Source of the DNA: an uncultured Gemmatimonadales bacterium
Lineage (GTDB): Bacteria; Gemmatimonadota; Gemmatimonadetes; Gemmatimonadales; Gemmatimonadaceae
Direction: 5' to 3'
NCBI GenBank assembly: GCA_963851265.1
Contig: CAWKNZ010000002.1
Location: 1,280,001 to 1,344,000, forward strand
Length of the DNA stretch: 64,000 nt
Shown: positions 1 through 9,533 of the stretch, one piece after another
How the letters are laid out: each line of letters begins with the position of its first letter
How positions within the stretch are numbered: the stretch's first letter is position 1
Made by a program: the position numbers and the translations under genes
Notes under the pieces: generated by a model
Databases searched by the model: none
The model's input: only the letters and a program-made list of their open reading frames with translations
What the model was told of the DNA's origin: nothing

Positions 1-537
1 GAGCTGATCTTCGAGGACGTCGAGGTACCCGCCGAGAATCTGCTCGGCACCGAGGGGCTCGGCTTCGTCAACTTCATGAAGACGCTCGACGCCGGTCGGA
101 TCGGGATCGCCGCGCTCTCGCTCGGCCTCGCCGAAGGGGCGTTCGACCAGTCGCTGCGCTACACGTCGGAGCGCAAGCAGTTCGGGCAGGCGATCGTCAA
201 CTTCCAGGGCGTGTCGTTTCCGCTCGCCGACATGGCGACCGAGATCGAGGCGGGACGGCACCTGCTGTATTCCGCGACGAAACTCGCGCAGGAAGGACGC
301 CCGTTCGGGAAGGAGGCGGCGATGGCCAAGCTCTTCTGCTCGGAACTGTCGATGCGTGCGTCGATCAAGGCCATCCAGCTGCACGGCGGCTACGGCTACA
401 CGAAAGACTACCCCGTCGAGCGCATGATGCGCGACGCGAAGATCTGCGAAATCGGTGAGGGTACGAGCGAGGTGCAACGCCTCGTCATCGCGCGCCACTT
501 GCTGCGGGAACTCGCGCACGCCGAGGGCAACGCTTGA
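1..537 (+). CDS. Acyl-CoA dehydrogenase, C-terminal part (5' truncated by the window edge)
   Basis: Frame is open from position 1 ([16 protein letters not shown]...). It contains the ACAD motifs [15 protein letters not shown] and [17 protein letters not shown]. Confidence 0.93.
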   Translation, partial: ELIFEDVEVPAENLLGTEGLGFVNFMKTLDAGRIGIAALSLGLAEGAFDQSLRYTSERKQFGQAIVNFQGVSFPLADMATEIEAGRHLLYSATKLAQEGRPFGKEAAMAKLFCSELSMRASIKAIQLHGGYGYTKDYPVERMMRDAKICEIGEGTSEVQRLVIARHLLRELAHAEGNA

Positions 538-1142
538 CCGATGCGACGGGCGCTCCAGAGCGCCCGAGGACCGCGCGCGCGAGCGCCGAACGGTCGAGCA
601 AGTCGTGGCTCCAGCGCGCGCGTGTCCCGCTCGGATTCGTGGTCGGCGGACTCTACCTCTGGTTCGCCCGTCCCAACCCGACGACGCTCGGCCTCGGCGC
701 GGTGATCGCGCTCGCGGGGGTGCTGATGCGCGCGTGGGCGGCCGGGCACATCGTCAAAAACGGACGCCTCGCGACGACCGGCCCGTACGCGCACACGCGA
801 AATCCGCTCTACGTCGGCAGCTTTCTCATCGCGTGCGGCTTCGCGGTGATGGCGCAGCCGTGGCTGTTGCTCGTCGTGGCAGCGTTCTGGGCGTTCGTCT
901 ACGGACCCGTGATGCGCCGCGAGGCCGAGCACGTCCGCGCGCTGCACCCGGAGGCGTATGCCGCGTGGGAACGCGGCGTCCCGATGTTCATGCCTCGTGT
1001 GACCCCGTGGCGCGCCGCGACCGAGACGCCGTCTCCGCGGTTCGATCCTCGGCTCTATCTCTATCATCGGGAATGGCAGGCCGGGCTCGTGTACGTGCTG
1101 GCCGTCATCTGGATGACGTTCCGCGTACGCCGCGGCTTCTGA
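534..1142 (+). CDS. Isoprenylcysteine carboxyl methyltransferase (ICMT/PEMT) family membrane protein
   Basis: Motif [15 protein letters not shown], hydrophobic helices and an E..Y..W...VP.F.P tail. The TTG start overlaps the upstream stop (TTGA). Confidence 0.85.
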   Translation: MTDATGAPERPRTARASAERSSKSWLQRARVPLGFVVGGLYLWFARPNPTTLGLGAVIALAGVLMRAWAAGHIVKNGRLATTGPYAHTRNPLYVGSFLIACGFAVMAQPWLLLVVAAFWAFVYGPVMRREAEHVRALHPEAYAAWERGVPMFMPRVTPWRAATETPSPRFDPRLYLYHREWQAGLVYVLAVIWMTFRVRRGF

Positions 1143-1173
1143 GCCGCGCCGCGACGCGAGGAGTGTACTACTG

Positions 1174-2748
1174 GTGAAGCGGGAGATCCTGATCAACGCG
1201 GGGACGCGCGAGATGCGCGTCGCCATCATCGAGGACGGGCAGTTCGTCGAACTGCTCGTCGAGCGGCCGGACAGTCGGCGGATGGTCGGTGACATCTACC
1301 TCGGCAAGGTCGAGGCGGTGCTGCCGGGCATCCAGGCGGCGTTCGTCAACATCGGGACCGACAAGAGCGCGTTCCTGCACGCGTCCGACGTCGTGTTCGA
1401 CGAGAGTGGCGATCCCGACGAGGACGACGACGAGGAGGAGGGTGCCGATTCCGACGCGCCCGATGCCCCGCCGCGTCGCCGTCCTGGACGTGCGAAGGCG
1501 CCGCCGATCGAAGACGTCCTGAAGAAGGGGCAGGAGCTGCTCGTTCAGGTCACGAAGGAGCCGATCTCGACCAAAGGGTCGCGGGTGACCGCGCAGGTCT
1601 CGCTCGCGGGACGTTTCCTGGTCTACATGCCGCACGCCCCGTCGCGCGTCGGCGTGAGCCGCAAGATCACGGACCGCGACGACCGCCGGCGGCTCAAGGA
1701 GATCGTCGCGGCGGTGTTGCCGGCCGACGCGGGGGGCGTGATCGTCCGAACGGTGAGCGAGGAAGCGTCTCAGGAGACGTTCGGGCGCGAGCTCACGACG
1801 CTGGTCAATCAATGGAAGCGCATCCAGCGAAAGACGCGCTTCATGCGCGCGCCTGCGCTGATCCATCAGGAAACGAGCCTCGCGCGGAGCCTCGTTCGCG
1901 ACCTGTTCAGCGACAAGGTCGACGCGCTCGTCATCGATTCGCGAGCCGTCCAGGGCGAGATCGTCGAGTACCTGCAAGGATTCGCGCCCGAACTGACCGA
2001 CCGCGTCCGGCTCCACGCCGACCCGGCCCCGCTGTTCGATGCGTTCGGCATCGAGCCAGAGATCCGCGACCTGTTCAAGCGTCGCTGCGACCTGCCGTCC
2101 GGCGGCTACCTGATCGTCGAACCCACCGAGGCACTCGTCTCGATCGACGTCAATTCCGGACGGTTCGTCGGCAAGAAGGATCCGGAAAAGACGGTTCTCA
2201 AGACCAACGTCGAAGCGGCGCGCGAGGTGGCCCGGCAGCTCCGGCTCCGCGACGTCGGCGGCATCATCGTCTGCGACTTCATCGATATGGAGACGCAGAC
2301 GAATCGCGATCGCGTGCTCCAGGAACTGCGGCAGGCGCTCGGCCGGGACCGCGCGCGGACCAAGGCGTACGCGGTCAGCGAGCTCGGGTTGGTCGAGATG
2401 ACGCGCCAGCGCGTCCGGCAGAGCCACTTGCAGAGCATGACGGCACCGTGCCCGACGTGCAACGGAACCGGGAGGATCTTCACCCCCGAGACGGTGGTCC
2501 GCCGGATCGAGCGGTCCGTACGGCGCATGGCCGCGGAGGGACGCCGTGACGCCGTGCAGGTCCGGCTCCACCCCGAGACGGCGCTCCACGTCCTCACCGA
2601 GGAACAGGACCTGGTTGGCAAGCTCGAGCGTGCCGTCGGGTTCGATCTCGAGCTCCGCGACGATCCGCTGCTGCGCCCGGACGAGTTCAAGCTCGTCGTC
2701 CGCGGCGCCGAGCAGCGGGACGTCACGGAACGGTACGCAGTGGCCTAG
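1174..2748 (+). CDS. rng: Rne/Rng family ribonuclease
   Basis: S1 domain GDIYLGKVEAVLPGIQAAFVNIG, plus IDVNSG, GGIIVCDFIDM and the CPTCNGTG Zn-link. GAGGAG lies upstream. Confidence 0.93.
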   Translation: MKREILINAGTREMRVAIIEDGQFVELLVERPDSRRMVGDIYLGKVEAVLPGIQAAFVNIGTDKSAFLHASDVVFDESGDPDEDDDEEEGADSDAPDAPPRRRPGRAKAPPIEDVLKKGQELLVQVTKEPISTKGSRVTAQVSLAGRFLVYMPHAPSRVGVSRKITDRDDRRRLKEIVAAVLPADAGGVIVRTVSEEASQETFGRELTTLVNQWKRIQRKTRFMRAPALIHQETSLARSLVRDLFSDKVDALVIDSRAVQGEIVEYLQGFAPELTDRVRLHADPAPLFDAFGIEPEIRDLFKRRCDLPSGGYLIVEPTEALVSIDVNSGRFVGKKDPEKTVLKTNVEAAREVARQLRLRDVGGIIVCDFIDMETQTNRDRVLQELRQALGRDRARTKAYAVSELGLVEMTRQRVRQSHLQSMTAPCPTCNGTGRIFTPETVVRRIERSVRRMAAEGRRDAVQVRLHPETALHVLTEEQDLVGKLERAVGFDLELRDDPLLRPDEFKLVVRGAEQRDVTERYAVA

Positions 2749-2790
2749 GGAGGGACCACGGGCGGACTGGCTCCCTCGCGGCGCCGACGG

Positions 2791-2819
2791 TTGACGCCTA
2801 AGTCGTGATCCTGTATAGT
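2791..2819 (+). promoter_or_regulatory. Sigma70-type promoter of rplU-rpmA
   Basis: TTGACG-17 nt-TATAGT, about 35 nt upstream of the rplU ATG. Confidence 0.8.
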
Positions 2820-2853
2820 GCTACGCTCTTCCAGCTATGCTACTCATCCGCTC

Positions 2854-3171
2854 ATGAACTACGCCATCATTCGCACCGGCGGCAAGCAGTACCGCGCCGA
2901 GCCGGGCAAGACGCTCCGAATCCCCTCGCTCGTCGGCGAGGCCGGGACCGACGTCGAGTTCAACGAAGTGCTTCTCGGCTCCGTCGACGGTTCGGTGCGC
3001 GCGGGCGTTCCCACGCTTGCGGGCGCGAAGGTCACGGCGGAAATCGTCAAGCACGGGCTCGGCGACAAGATCATCGTCTTCAAGTTCAAGCGCCGTAAGA
3101 ACTACGCGCGCAAGCAGGGCCATCGGCAGGGGTACACCGAGGTCCGCTTCAAGGACATCACGCTCGGCTGA
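2854..3171 (+). CDS. rplU: 50S ribosomal protein L21
   Basis: [14 protein letters not shown]...[14 protein letters not shown]. Confidence 0.97.
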   Translation: MNYAIIRTGGKQYRAEPGKTLRIPSLVGEAGTDVEFNEVLLGSVDGSVRAGVPTLAGAKVTAEIVKHGLGDKIIVFKFKRRKNYARKQGHRQGYTEVRFKDITLG

Positions 3172-3183
3172 GGACACTCTCTC

Positions 3184-3498
3184 ATGGCACATAAAAAGGG
3201 CGTTGGCTCGACCCGCAACGGGCGCGACTCGAACCCGCAGTATCGCGGCGTCAAGAAGTTCGGCGGTGAGCAGGTCATCGCGGGGAACATCATCGTCCGC
3301 CAGTGCGGCACGAAGTGGCACCCTGGCCGCAACGTCGGCATGGGCCGCGACTACACGCTGTACTCGCTCGTCGATGGCGTGGTCACCTTCGAGCACCGCA
3401 ACAAGTCGCAGCTGCGGGTGAGCGTCTACCCGGCGGCCGTTCCCGCGTCGGTCACGATCGACCAGCCGGCGCCCGACGCCGAGCCCGCGTCGGTCTGA
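3184..3498 (+). CDS. rpmA: 50S ribosomal protein L27
   Basis: [16 protein letters not shown]...GVKKFGGE. Confidence 0.98.
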   Translation: MAHKKGVGSTRNGRDSNPQYRGVKKFGGEQVIAGNIIVRQCGTKWHPGRNVGMGRDYTLYSLVDGVVTFEHRNKSQLRVSVYPAAVPASVTIDQPAPDAEPASV

Positions 3499-3541
3499 GC
3501 CGAATCCTGGCACGTTAGGCACCCGGACCGGGTGCGCGAAC

Positions 3542-3584
3542 AACGCGAGAGGCCCCCGCCGTGATGGCGGGGGCCTCTCGCGTT
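3542..3584. terminator. Bidirectional intrinsic terminator between convergent rpmA and amidohydrolase genes
   Basis: 19-bp perfect stem AACGCGAGAGGCCCCCGCC-gtgat-GGCGGGGGCCTCTCGCGTT. Confidence 0.8.
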
Positions 3585-3611
3585 CTGTCGCGCGCTGGTC
3601 AGCGACGCCGA

Positions 3612-4913
3612 TTACGGACGCGTGTAGCCCGGCGGCAACGTCCGGTACCGCCGCGCCAACTCGTCCTGCCGCGAATCCCCCGTGACCTCGCGCCCGCGGA
3701 TGAAGACGTGCTCCGCACGGCTCGCGAACTCGAACGGATCGCCCGTCCACACCACGACGTCGGCGTCGCGCCCGGGCGCGAGCGAGCCCACGCGGTCGGC
3801 CACGCCGAACAGCTCGGCGGGCGTGAGCGTGACGGCACGCAAGGCGGCGTCGTAGCGCATCCCGTACGCGACGGCATTACCCGCCTCGAAGCGCACGTTG
3901 CGTACGTTGAACGCCTCCTCGTCCCCCTCGCCCGCGTTCCCGATGATCGCCACGGGGACGCCCGCCGCCGCGAGCAGCCCCGCGTTCTCCTGCCGCTGGC
4001 CTAACGCGGCGAAGCTCGACGGGATGTTGTTCATCGCACCGGTCACGACCGGGACGCGGTCAGCCGCGAGTTGCTCCGCCACCTGCCACGCCTCGGCGCC
4101 GCCTAGGATCATGAGGCGAAAGCCGAATTCGCGGCGAAGCCGGAGCGCGGCGTCGATGTCGGACGCGCGATCCGCCGCGATCAACATCGGCAGTCGCCCG
4201 GTGAGCACCGGCTGGAGCGCTTCGAGGTCTGCCCGTGACGCGGTGAAGGTGCGCGTCTGGTTCCGCTCGAATGCCGCACGCGACCGCCCGAACGTGCGCG
4301 CATCGCTGAGCAACTCGCGCAGGCGACCGATGAGTTCACCCCGGGCCCCCAGTCCGGCCGCGCGCGCGTCGCCGACCTCCGCGACCATCGCAGCCGAGGC
4401 CCGAAGCACCGCGTCCGCCGCGCTCCGGCCGTCGAGGTGGACGACAGCCGCCTGACCGGCCACGAGTCCGCCGGCGGGGAGGACCACGGCGGTAGTGACG
4501 CCGTCGTTCCGGGCCGGCGGGATCAACGCCGACGCGGGGTTGAAACCCTCCCACACCGCGAACGCGGCGGCTACCGCGTCTCGCCCGCGCGCGCTCGCGT
4601 CTCGCGTGTCCCGCACGGCTCCGATCTCGACGACGCCCAGCTCCGTCGCCGCGTTGACGAACCCGGGGGTGACCACGCGCCCGGTCGCGTCGATGCGGCG
4701 CGCGTCCGCGGGGATCGGCACGTCCGCGCCCACCGCGAGCACGCGCCCGTTGCGCAGCAGGACCGTGCCGCGCTCGATGCGCGGTCCCGAGACCGGGTAG
4801 ACGGTTCCGCCGACGATCGCGATCGTCTGAGCCGACGCCTCGCGCAGCGTGGCCCCGATGAGAACGGCTACTGCGACGGCGCGCGCGAGTTTTCGGCTGC
4901 GAAAGCGGCGCAT
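3612..4913 (-). CDS. Secreted amidohydrolase-family protein, apparently lacking metal ligands
   Basis: Signal peptide ending ASA-Q, IDATGRVVTPGFVN and GSLAPGRDADVVVW. The ATG at 4913 overlaps the stop of the upstream paralog. Confidence 0.85.
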   Translation of the reverse strand: MRRFRSRKLARAVAVAVLIGATLREASAQTIAIVGGTVYPVSGPRIERGTVLLRNGRVLAVGADVPIPADARRIDATGRVVTPGFVNAATELGVVEIGAVRDTRDASARGRDAVAAAFAVWEGFNPASALIPPARNDGVTTAVVLPAGGLVAGQAAVVHLDGRSAADAVLRASAAMVAEVGDARAAGLGARGELIGRLRELLSDARTFGRSRAAFERNQTRTFTASRADLEALQPVLTGRLPMLIAADRASDIDAALRLRREFGFRLMILGGAEAWQVAEQLAADRVPVVTGAMNNIPSSFAALGQRQENAGLLAAAGVPVAIIGNAGEGDEEAFNVRNVRFEAGNAVAYGMRYDAALRAVTLTPAELFGVADRVGSLAPGRDADVVVWTGDPFEFASRAEHVFIRGREVTGDSRQDELARRYRTLPPGYTRP

Positions 4914-6523
4914 CAGCGCGGTCCTCCGGACGATGGGGCACCCGACGGCGCGCCCGTGGTTGGAGCGGGTGGCGAAGACGAGGCGGCCACGGTCGAGGGA
5001 GGGGCGACGAAGCCGAGTTCGAAATCGGTGCGCCACTGGCGGCGCGGGTCGGTGCGGTCGTAGAGCATGGCCCCGTCCACCCAGACCTTCTCGACTCGGG
5101 TGTAGACCGAGAACGGGTTGCCCGACCAGAGTACGACGTCGGCGTTCTTCCCGGGCTCAAGCGACCCGATCCGGTCGTCGAGGCCTAACGCCCACGCCGC
5201 GTTGATCGTGAGCCAGCGCACCGCCTGATCCTCGGTCACCTCGATGCCGACCGCACGCCCCGCGGCCATCGCCTTCGCGGCTTCCTGGTTGAGTCGCTGC
5301 GATCCGGACGGGTCGTCCGAGTGCACGATCGCGCGCGCCCCGGCCTGCTGGACGAGCGCGAGATTCGCCCGCACGCCGTCGATCGCTTCCATCTTGAATC
5401 CGCCCCAGTCGGCCCACAGCGCGCCGCCGACCGAATCGCGAGCGAGCAGGTCGGCGACCTTGTACGCCTCCACACCGTGGTGAAACGCGCGGATGTGATA
5501 GCCGAACTCGCGTGCGATGTCGAGCATCTGCGCCATCTCGTCGGCCCGGTAGCAGTGGTTGTGCACGAGGATGTTGCCGCGCAGCACCTCCGCGAGCGTT
5601 TCGAGCCCGAGGTCGCGCGCGGGGGGGTCGGACTGGCGGTTGCCGGCGAGCCACGCGTCCCAACGCCGGCGATACGCTTCGGCCTGGATCCACGCCGTCC
5701 GGTACCCGGCCACGTTCCCCATCCGGGTACTCGGTCCGCGATTGGCGTACACGCGCTTCGGATTCTCGCCGCACGCCATCTTCAGCCCGTACTTCGCGCC
5801 GGGGAACTTCATCCCTTGCACCGTGCGCGACGGGACCACCTTGAGCACGACGCTCCGCCCCCCGATCAGATTCGCCGAGCCCGGGAGCACCTGAAGCGTC
5901 GTCACGCCGCCGGCGAGGTTGCGCGGGAACTGCGGGTCCTGAGGCCACACCGAGTGCTCGGCCCAGACATAGGGCGTCGTCGGGTTGGTCGCTTCGTTGC
6001 CGTCCGACAGCGCGTCGCCGCCCGGCGCGGCGTACACCCCCAGGTGCGAGTGCACGTCGATGATCCCCGGCGTGACGTACTTCCCGGCGCCGTCGATCAC
6101 GGTCGCTCCCGCGGGCGCGTCGATGGTCGCGCCGATGCTCACGATCTTTCCGTCCCGGAGCAGGATGGCGCCGTTGCGGATCGACGGTCCCGCGGCGGTC
6201 ATCAGCGTGACGTTGCGGATGAGCGTCGGCGTCGACGGAGCCGGCCGGTACGTGCTCGGGAACGGGTCGGCGAGCGGTAGCGAGAGCCCACCGCTGCCCG
6301 GCGCGTTGCGACCCGTGCTGTTGGGCGGCGTCGACGCCGCATTTCCGAGCGGCCCGGTGGTCCCGCCCGCGGTGGTGGGGCCGGGCGGCGTTCGCGGTCC
6401 GGGCGCGGGCGCACTTGGGGTCTGTGCGCGGACGATGCGCGCCGCAGGAACGAGCGTCGCGAGCGCGGCGACGCCGGCGGTACGCACCAGCGCCGTACGC
6501 GTCGCATTCTGGCGAGGTGACAT
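4913..6523 (-). CDS. Secreted amidohydrolase-family protein (metal-dependent)
   Basis: TPGIIDVHSHLG, LKMACGENPK, HCYRAD, HGVEAYK, HSDD and GSLEPGKNADVVLW. Signal peptide followed by a P/T/G-rich linker. Confidence 0.9.
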   Translation of the reverse strand: MSPRQNATRTALVRTAGVAALATLVPAARIVRAQTPSAPAPGPRTPPGPTTAGGTTGPLGNAASTPPNSTGRNAPGSGGLSLPLADPFPSTYRPAPSTPTLIRNVTLMTAAGPSIRNGAILLRDGKIVSIGATIDAPAGATVIDGAGKYVTPGIIDVHSHLGVYAAPGGDALSDGNEATNPTTPYVWAEHSVWPQDPQFPRNLAGGVTTLQVLPGSANLIGGRSVVLKVVPSRTVQGMKFPGAKYGLKMACGENPKRVYANRGPSTRMGNVAGYRTAWIQAEAYRRRWDAWLAGNRQSDPPARDLGLETLAEVLRGNILVHNHCYRADEMAQMLDIAREFGYHIRAFHHGVEAYKVADLLARDSVGGALWADWGGFKMEAIDGVRANLALVQQAGARAIVHSDDPSGSQRLNQEAAKAMAAGRAVGIEVTEDQAVRWLTINAAWALGLDDRIGSLEPGKNADVVLWSGNPFSVYTRVEKVWVDGAMLYDRTDPRRQWRTDFELGFVAPPSTVAASSSPPAPTTGAPSGAPSSGGPR

Positions 6524-6617
6524 GGGTGGAGGACTCGGGGAGGCGGGAGACGTCGCGCGGCTTACGGTGTGAGTCGCGCCCGCGTTGATCGGACGCGTCG
6601 ACGGGGTACGGAGGCGA

Positions 6618-7319
6618 TCAGCCGGCGAGCCCCTCGCGGAGCAGAGGGATGTCGTCGGTACAGAGCGCGTCGACCCCGAGCCGGACGAGCGCCCGCGCGC
6701 GCTCGGGGTCGTTCACGGTCCAGACGAGCACTCGCCCGCCGGCCGCGTGCACGTCGGCGACGAGCGCCGCGTCGACCTGTGACCAGTGCTGCCACAGGTC
6801 GCGCGCGCGAGCGGCGTGCATCGCCGCGCGCGTATCGACGAGGTAGCTCTCGCTCAGGATGCCGGTCGGAACGTGGGGCGAGCGGCCGGCGAGCCGCTTC
6901 GATATACGGTGGTCGAACGAGTGCACGGCAAAGCGAAGCGCGGGTGCCCCCACCTGGACGGTGTCGAGGAGCACTCGGAGATCGGCATCACTCGCGGCGG
7001 CCTTGACCTCGACGTACAGGATCGCGCGAGCGCCGACGAGCGCCGCGACCTCGCGCAGGAGCGGGACGCGAAGGGAGGGATCCTCGGCGGCACCGACGAT
7101 CTCGTCGGCGCGGAGGGCGGCGAGCGCCGCGCCGGGGCGCCGTCCAACGGCGCCGAACGCGGGGTCATGGTGCACCACCGGCAGGCCGTCCCGCGAGAAG
7201 TGCACGTCGAGTTCGACGCCGTCCGCGCCATGCGCGAGGGCGCGCGCGAAGCTCGCGAGCGTGTTCTCGCGGCACTCGCGCGGCGCGCCTCGGTGCGCAA
7301 TGAGTTCGACAGGTGGCAT
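6618..7319 (-). CDS. Glycerophosphodiester phosphodiesterase
   Basis: IAHRGA...ENTLASF, DGVELDV, HHD, WTVND and GVDALCTD. Confidence 0.93.
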   Translation of the reverse strand: MPPVELIAHRGAPRECRENTLASFARALAHGADGVELDVHFSRDGLPVVHHDPAFGAVGRRPGAALAALRADEIVGAAEDPSLRVPLLREVAALVGARAILYVEVKAAASDADLRVLLDTVQVGAPALRFAVHSFDHRISKRLAGRSPHVPTGILSESYLVDTRAAMHAARARDLWQHWSQVDAALVADVHAAGGRVLVWTVNDPERARALVRLGVDALCTDDIPLLREGLAG

Positions 7320-7406
7320 GATCGGGGGGAACGCATCGAACGACGGTCGGCAGAGCGATCGCGCGCCAGCTTAACATTCGATCGCGGACCGCGTCCACCT
7401 GCTGGG

Positions 7407-7985
7407 ATGATCACCGTGAGTTCCGCCCCCCTGGTCGACGAACATACCGACGACGCGCTCGACGACGCGCTCCTGGCACGCTGGCGCGCCGGCGACGAGC
7501 GCGCGGCGACCGCCCTCGTGGAGCGCCACGCGCCAGCGCTCTGCCGGTACGTGTCGACGCTCGGTGCGCGATTCGAGGCCGAGGAGATCGCGCAGGACAC
7601 GTTCGTCCGCGCGTTCCAGGCCCTCGACAGCTTCCGCGCGGAGAGTTCACTGCGCACGTGGCTGTTCACGATCGCGCGTCGGCTCGTGCTCGACCGGCGT
7701 CGCGCCGGCGGCCGGCGTGCGCGGCACGAAGTGGAAGCGCCCGAGGGCCTCGACGCGGCAGGCGAGCACACCGCGCTCGACGACCTCGTGGCCGGAGAAA
7801 CCCAGGCCAGGCTGCGCGCGGCCGTCGAGCGACTCACGCCCACACAGCGGGAAGTCTTCCTCTTGCGTGTAGTCGAAGGACGCGCGTACAAGGAGATCGC
7901 CCGAATCGCGGGGACCACCGAGGGGTCCGCCCGCGTGCACTACCACAACGCCCTCCGCTCGGTGCAGGAGTTTCTCGATGTCTGA
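7407..7985 (+). CDS. ECF RNA polymerase sigma factor
   Basis: AEEIAQDTFVRAF...SLRTWLFTIAR (region 2) and LTPTQREVFLLRVVEGRAYKEIA (region 4). Start is either ATG 7407 or GTG 7416. Confidence 0.9.
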   Translation: MITVSSAPLVDEHTDDALDDALLARWRAGDERAATALVERHAPALCRYVSTLGARFEAEEIAQDTFVRAFQALDSFRAESSLRTWLFTIARRLVLDRRRAGGRRARHEVEAPEGLDAAGEHTALDDLVAGETQARLRAAVERLTPTQREVFLLRVVEGRAYKEIARIAGTTEGSARVHYHNALRSVQEFLDV

Positions 7986-8631
7986 TTTCGGAGCCGCCAC
8001 CCCGCACGAGGAGCCGCACGACGCGGCGCACGAGGCCGTGCGCGACGCACTGCCCGCGCTCCTCCACGGGCGCGTCACGGCGTCAGCGCGCGCGGAACTC
8101 GACGCCCACCTCGCCACGTGCGCGGCCTGCCGCGCCGATTTCGCCACGCTCGGCGCGATCCGCGACCTGTACACGATGCAGTCGCCCGCCGCGGCGTCGC
8201 CCGCGGTCTCGGTCGACCGCATCGCCGACGCGGTGCGCGCACGAACGGCGGTTCGGCCGGCGGAACCCGTACCCTCGCGCCCGACGAGGGTGCCGCCCCG
8301 GCGCGCGCCGGCGTGGGCGCGCCGCGGCACCGTTCGCGCCGTCGCCGCGAGTGCGCTGCTCGCAATCGGTTCTGGCGCGATGCTCATCTCGCGGACGCCG
8401 CGAACGCCGGCAGTGCAGGGGCCGGCCGCGAGCGCGGTCGCGCTCCGCTCCGACACGCCGGCAGTGCGCGCGACCGGCGCGAGTGGTTCGCTCCTCGGTG
8501 CTAACTTCTCCGACCTCGATGACGGCGAACTCGCCGCCGTCGTGGCCGCGGTCGACGACCCGGCCTCGCCGACCCCCGCCGCGGAGCCCACGCCGGTGAC
8601 GCCCAACGTGCTGGTCCCCGATGGCGAATGA
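7978..8631 (+). CDS. Anti-sigma factor with zf-HC2 (ZAS) domain and one TM helix
   Basis: HLATCAAC motif followed by a hydrophobic segment. Overlaps the sigma factor stop. Confidence 0.85.
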   Translation: MSDFGAATPHEEPHDAAHEAVRDALPALLHGRVTASARAELDAHLATCAACRADFATLGAIRDLYTMQSPAAASPAVSVDRIADAVRARTAVRPAEPVPSRPTRVPPRRAPAWARRGTVRAVAASALLAIGSGAMLISRTPRTPAVQGPAASAVALRSDTPAVRATGASGSLLGANFSDLDDGELAAVVAAVDDPASPTPAAEPTPVTPNVLVPDGE

Positions 8632-9277
8632 GCGGTGCGCGTGGGCGCGCGCGCTCCGGGCCGCTGCAATGGTCCCGCTCGCGCTGGCCGCGGCGGCAGC
8701 GCGCGCCCAGCTGCCGGGCGGCGCCGACTCGGCCACGCGGCGTCCGGGCATCGAGCGGTTGAGCGCGGTCGTGCAGCAGCGGCTGCAGCTCACGGACGAC
8801 CAGACGGCGCGGCTGCGCGAGACGTCGCGGCGGTACGCCGAACAGCGCCAGGCGCTCCTGCGTGACGAGCGCGACGCGCGGCGCACCGTGCGTGACGAGG
8901 TCGGGCGCGGAAACGCCGCGGACCAGTCGCGCGTACAGGGCGCGCTCGACCGGCTCTACGCGATCCAGCAGCGCCGCGGCGAACTCGCCGCGAGCGAACA
9001 GCGCGAGCTGGCCGAGTTTCTCACGCCGACGCAGCGCGCCCAGTACGCCGGGCTGCAGGAGCGCGCGTTCCGCGCCGCACAGGCCATCCGACAGCAGCGC
9101 GCCGCCGCCGCGACGGGCGGCCAGGTTCTGCCCGCCGACGCCAACCGGGGCGCCCAGGCGCTCCAGGAGCAGCGCCGCGCCGAGCGTCAGCAGCAACAGA
9201 TGGAACGCCAGCAGCAGCGCCAGGCCAACCGGGCGGCGCGTCGGGCGGCACGGCAGGGCGCGGCGCGTATCCCCTGA
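8621..9277 (+). CDS. Spy/CpxP-like periplasmic helical protein
   Basis: Signal peptide (AAAARA-Q), two LTxxQ motifs (LTDDQ, LTPTQ) and Q/R-rich helices. Confidence 0.7.
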   Translation: MANERCAWARALRAAAMVPLALAAAAARAQLPGGADSATRRPGIERLSAVVQQRLQLTDDQTARLRETSRRYAEQRQALLRDERDARRTVRDEVGRGNAADQSRVQGALDRLYAIQQRRGELAASEQRELAEFLTPTQRAQYAGLQERAFRAAQAIRQQRAAAATGGQVLPADANRGAQALQEQRRAERQQQQMERQQQRQANRAARRAARQGAARIP

Positions 9278-9372
9278 GTGCCGCCGGCGCGACCGGGGCG
9301 CCAGCGTAGCGTCGTTGAGGCGGGTCTCGCGCCGGGCTACATTCCGCCCCGCATCGGATCCCGGTCCGGCGC

Positions 9373-9455
9373 GCCGGGGTGGCGGAATGGTATACGCGGA
9401 GGTCTCAAAAACCTCTGTCCGCGAGGGCATACGGGTTCGAGTCCCGTCCCCGGCA
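9373..9455 (+). tRNA. tRNA-Leu (anticodon CAA), CCA not encoded
   Basis: GCCGGGG/CCCCGGC acceptor stem, GAGGT-CTCAAAA-ACCTC anticodon arm, long variable arm and GGTTCGAGTCC T-loop. Confidence 0.95.
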
Positions 9456-9459
9456 TCGA

Positions 9460-9489
9460 GCCGCGGCGCCGAATGAGCGGCGCCGCGGC
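9460..9489 (+). terminator. GC-rich hairpin immediately after tRNA-Leu (terminator or processing structure)
   Basis: GCCGCGGCGCCG-aatgag-CGGCGCCGCGGC, with no U-tract. Confidence 0.4.
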
Positions 9490-9533
9490 GCTCGCGTCGA
9501 CCCGTCCTCCCGTTCACGCCCCGCTTTCACCCG

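Noticed and set aside
9373..9533. tRNA-Leu as an integration site for a genomic island
   Set aside because: There is no integrase, no duplicated tRNA 3' end and no compositional shift, and icd follows directly.
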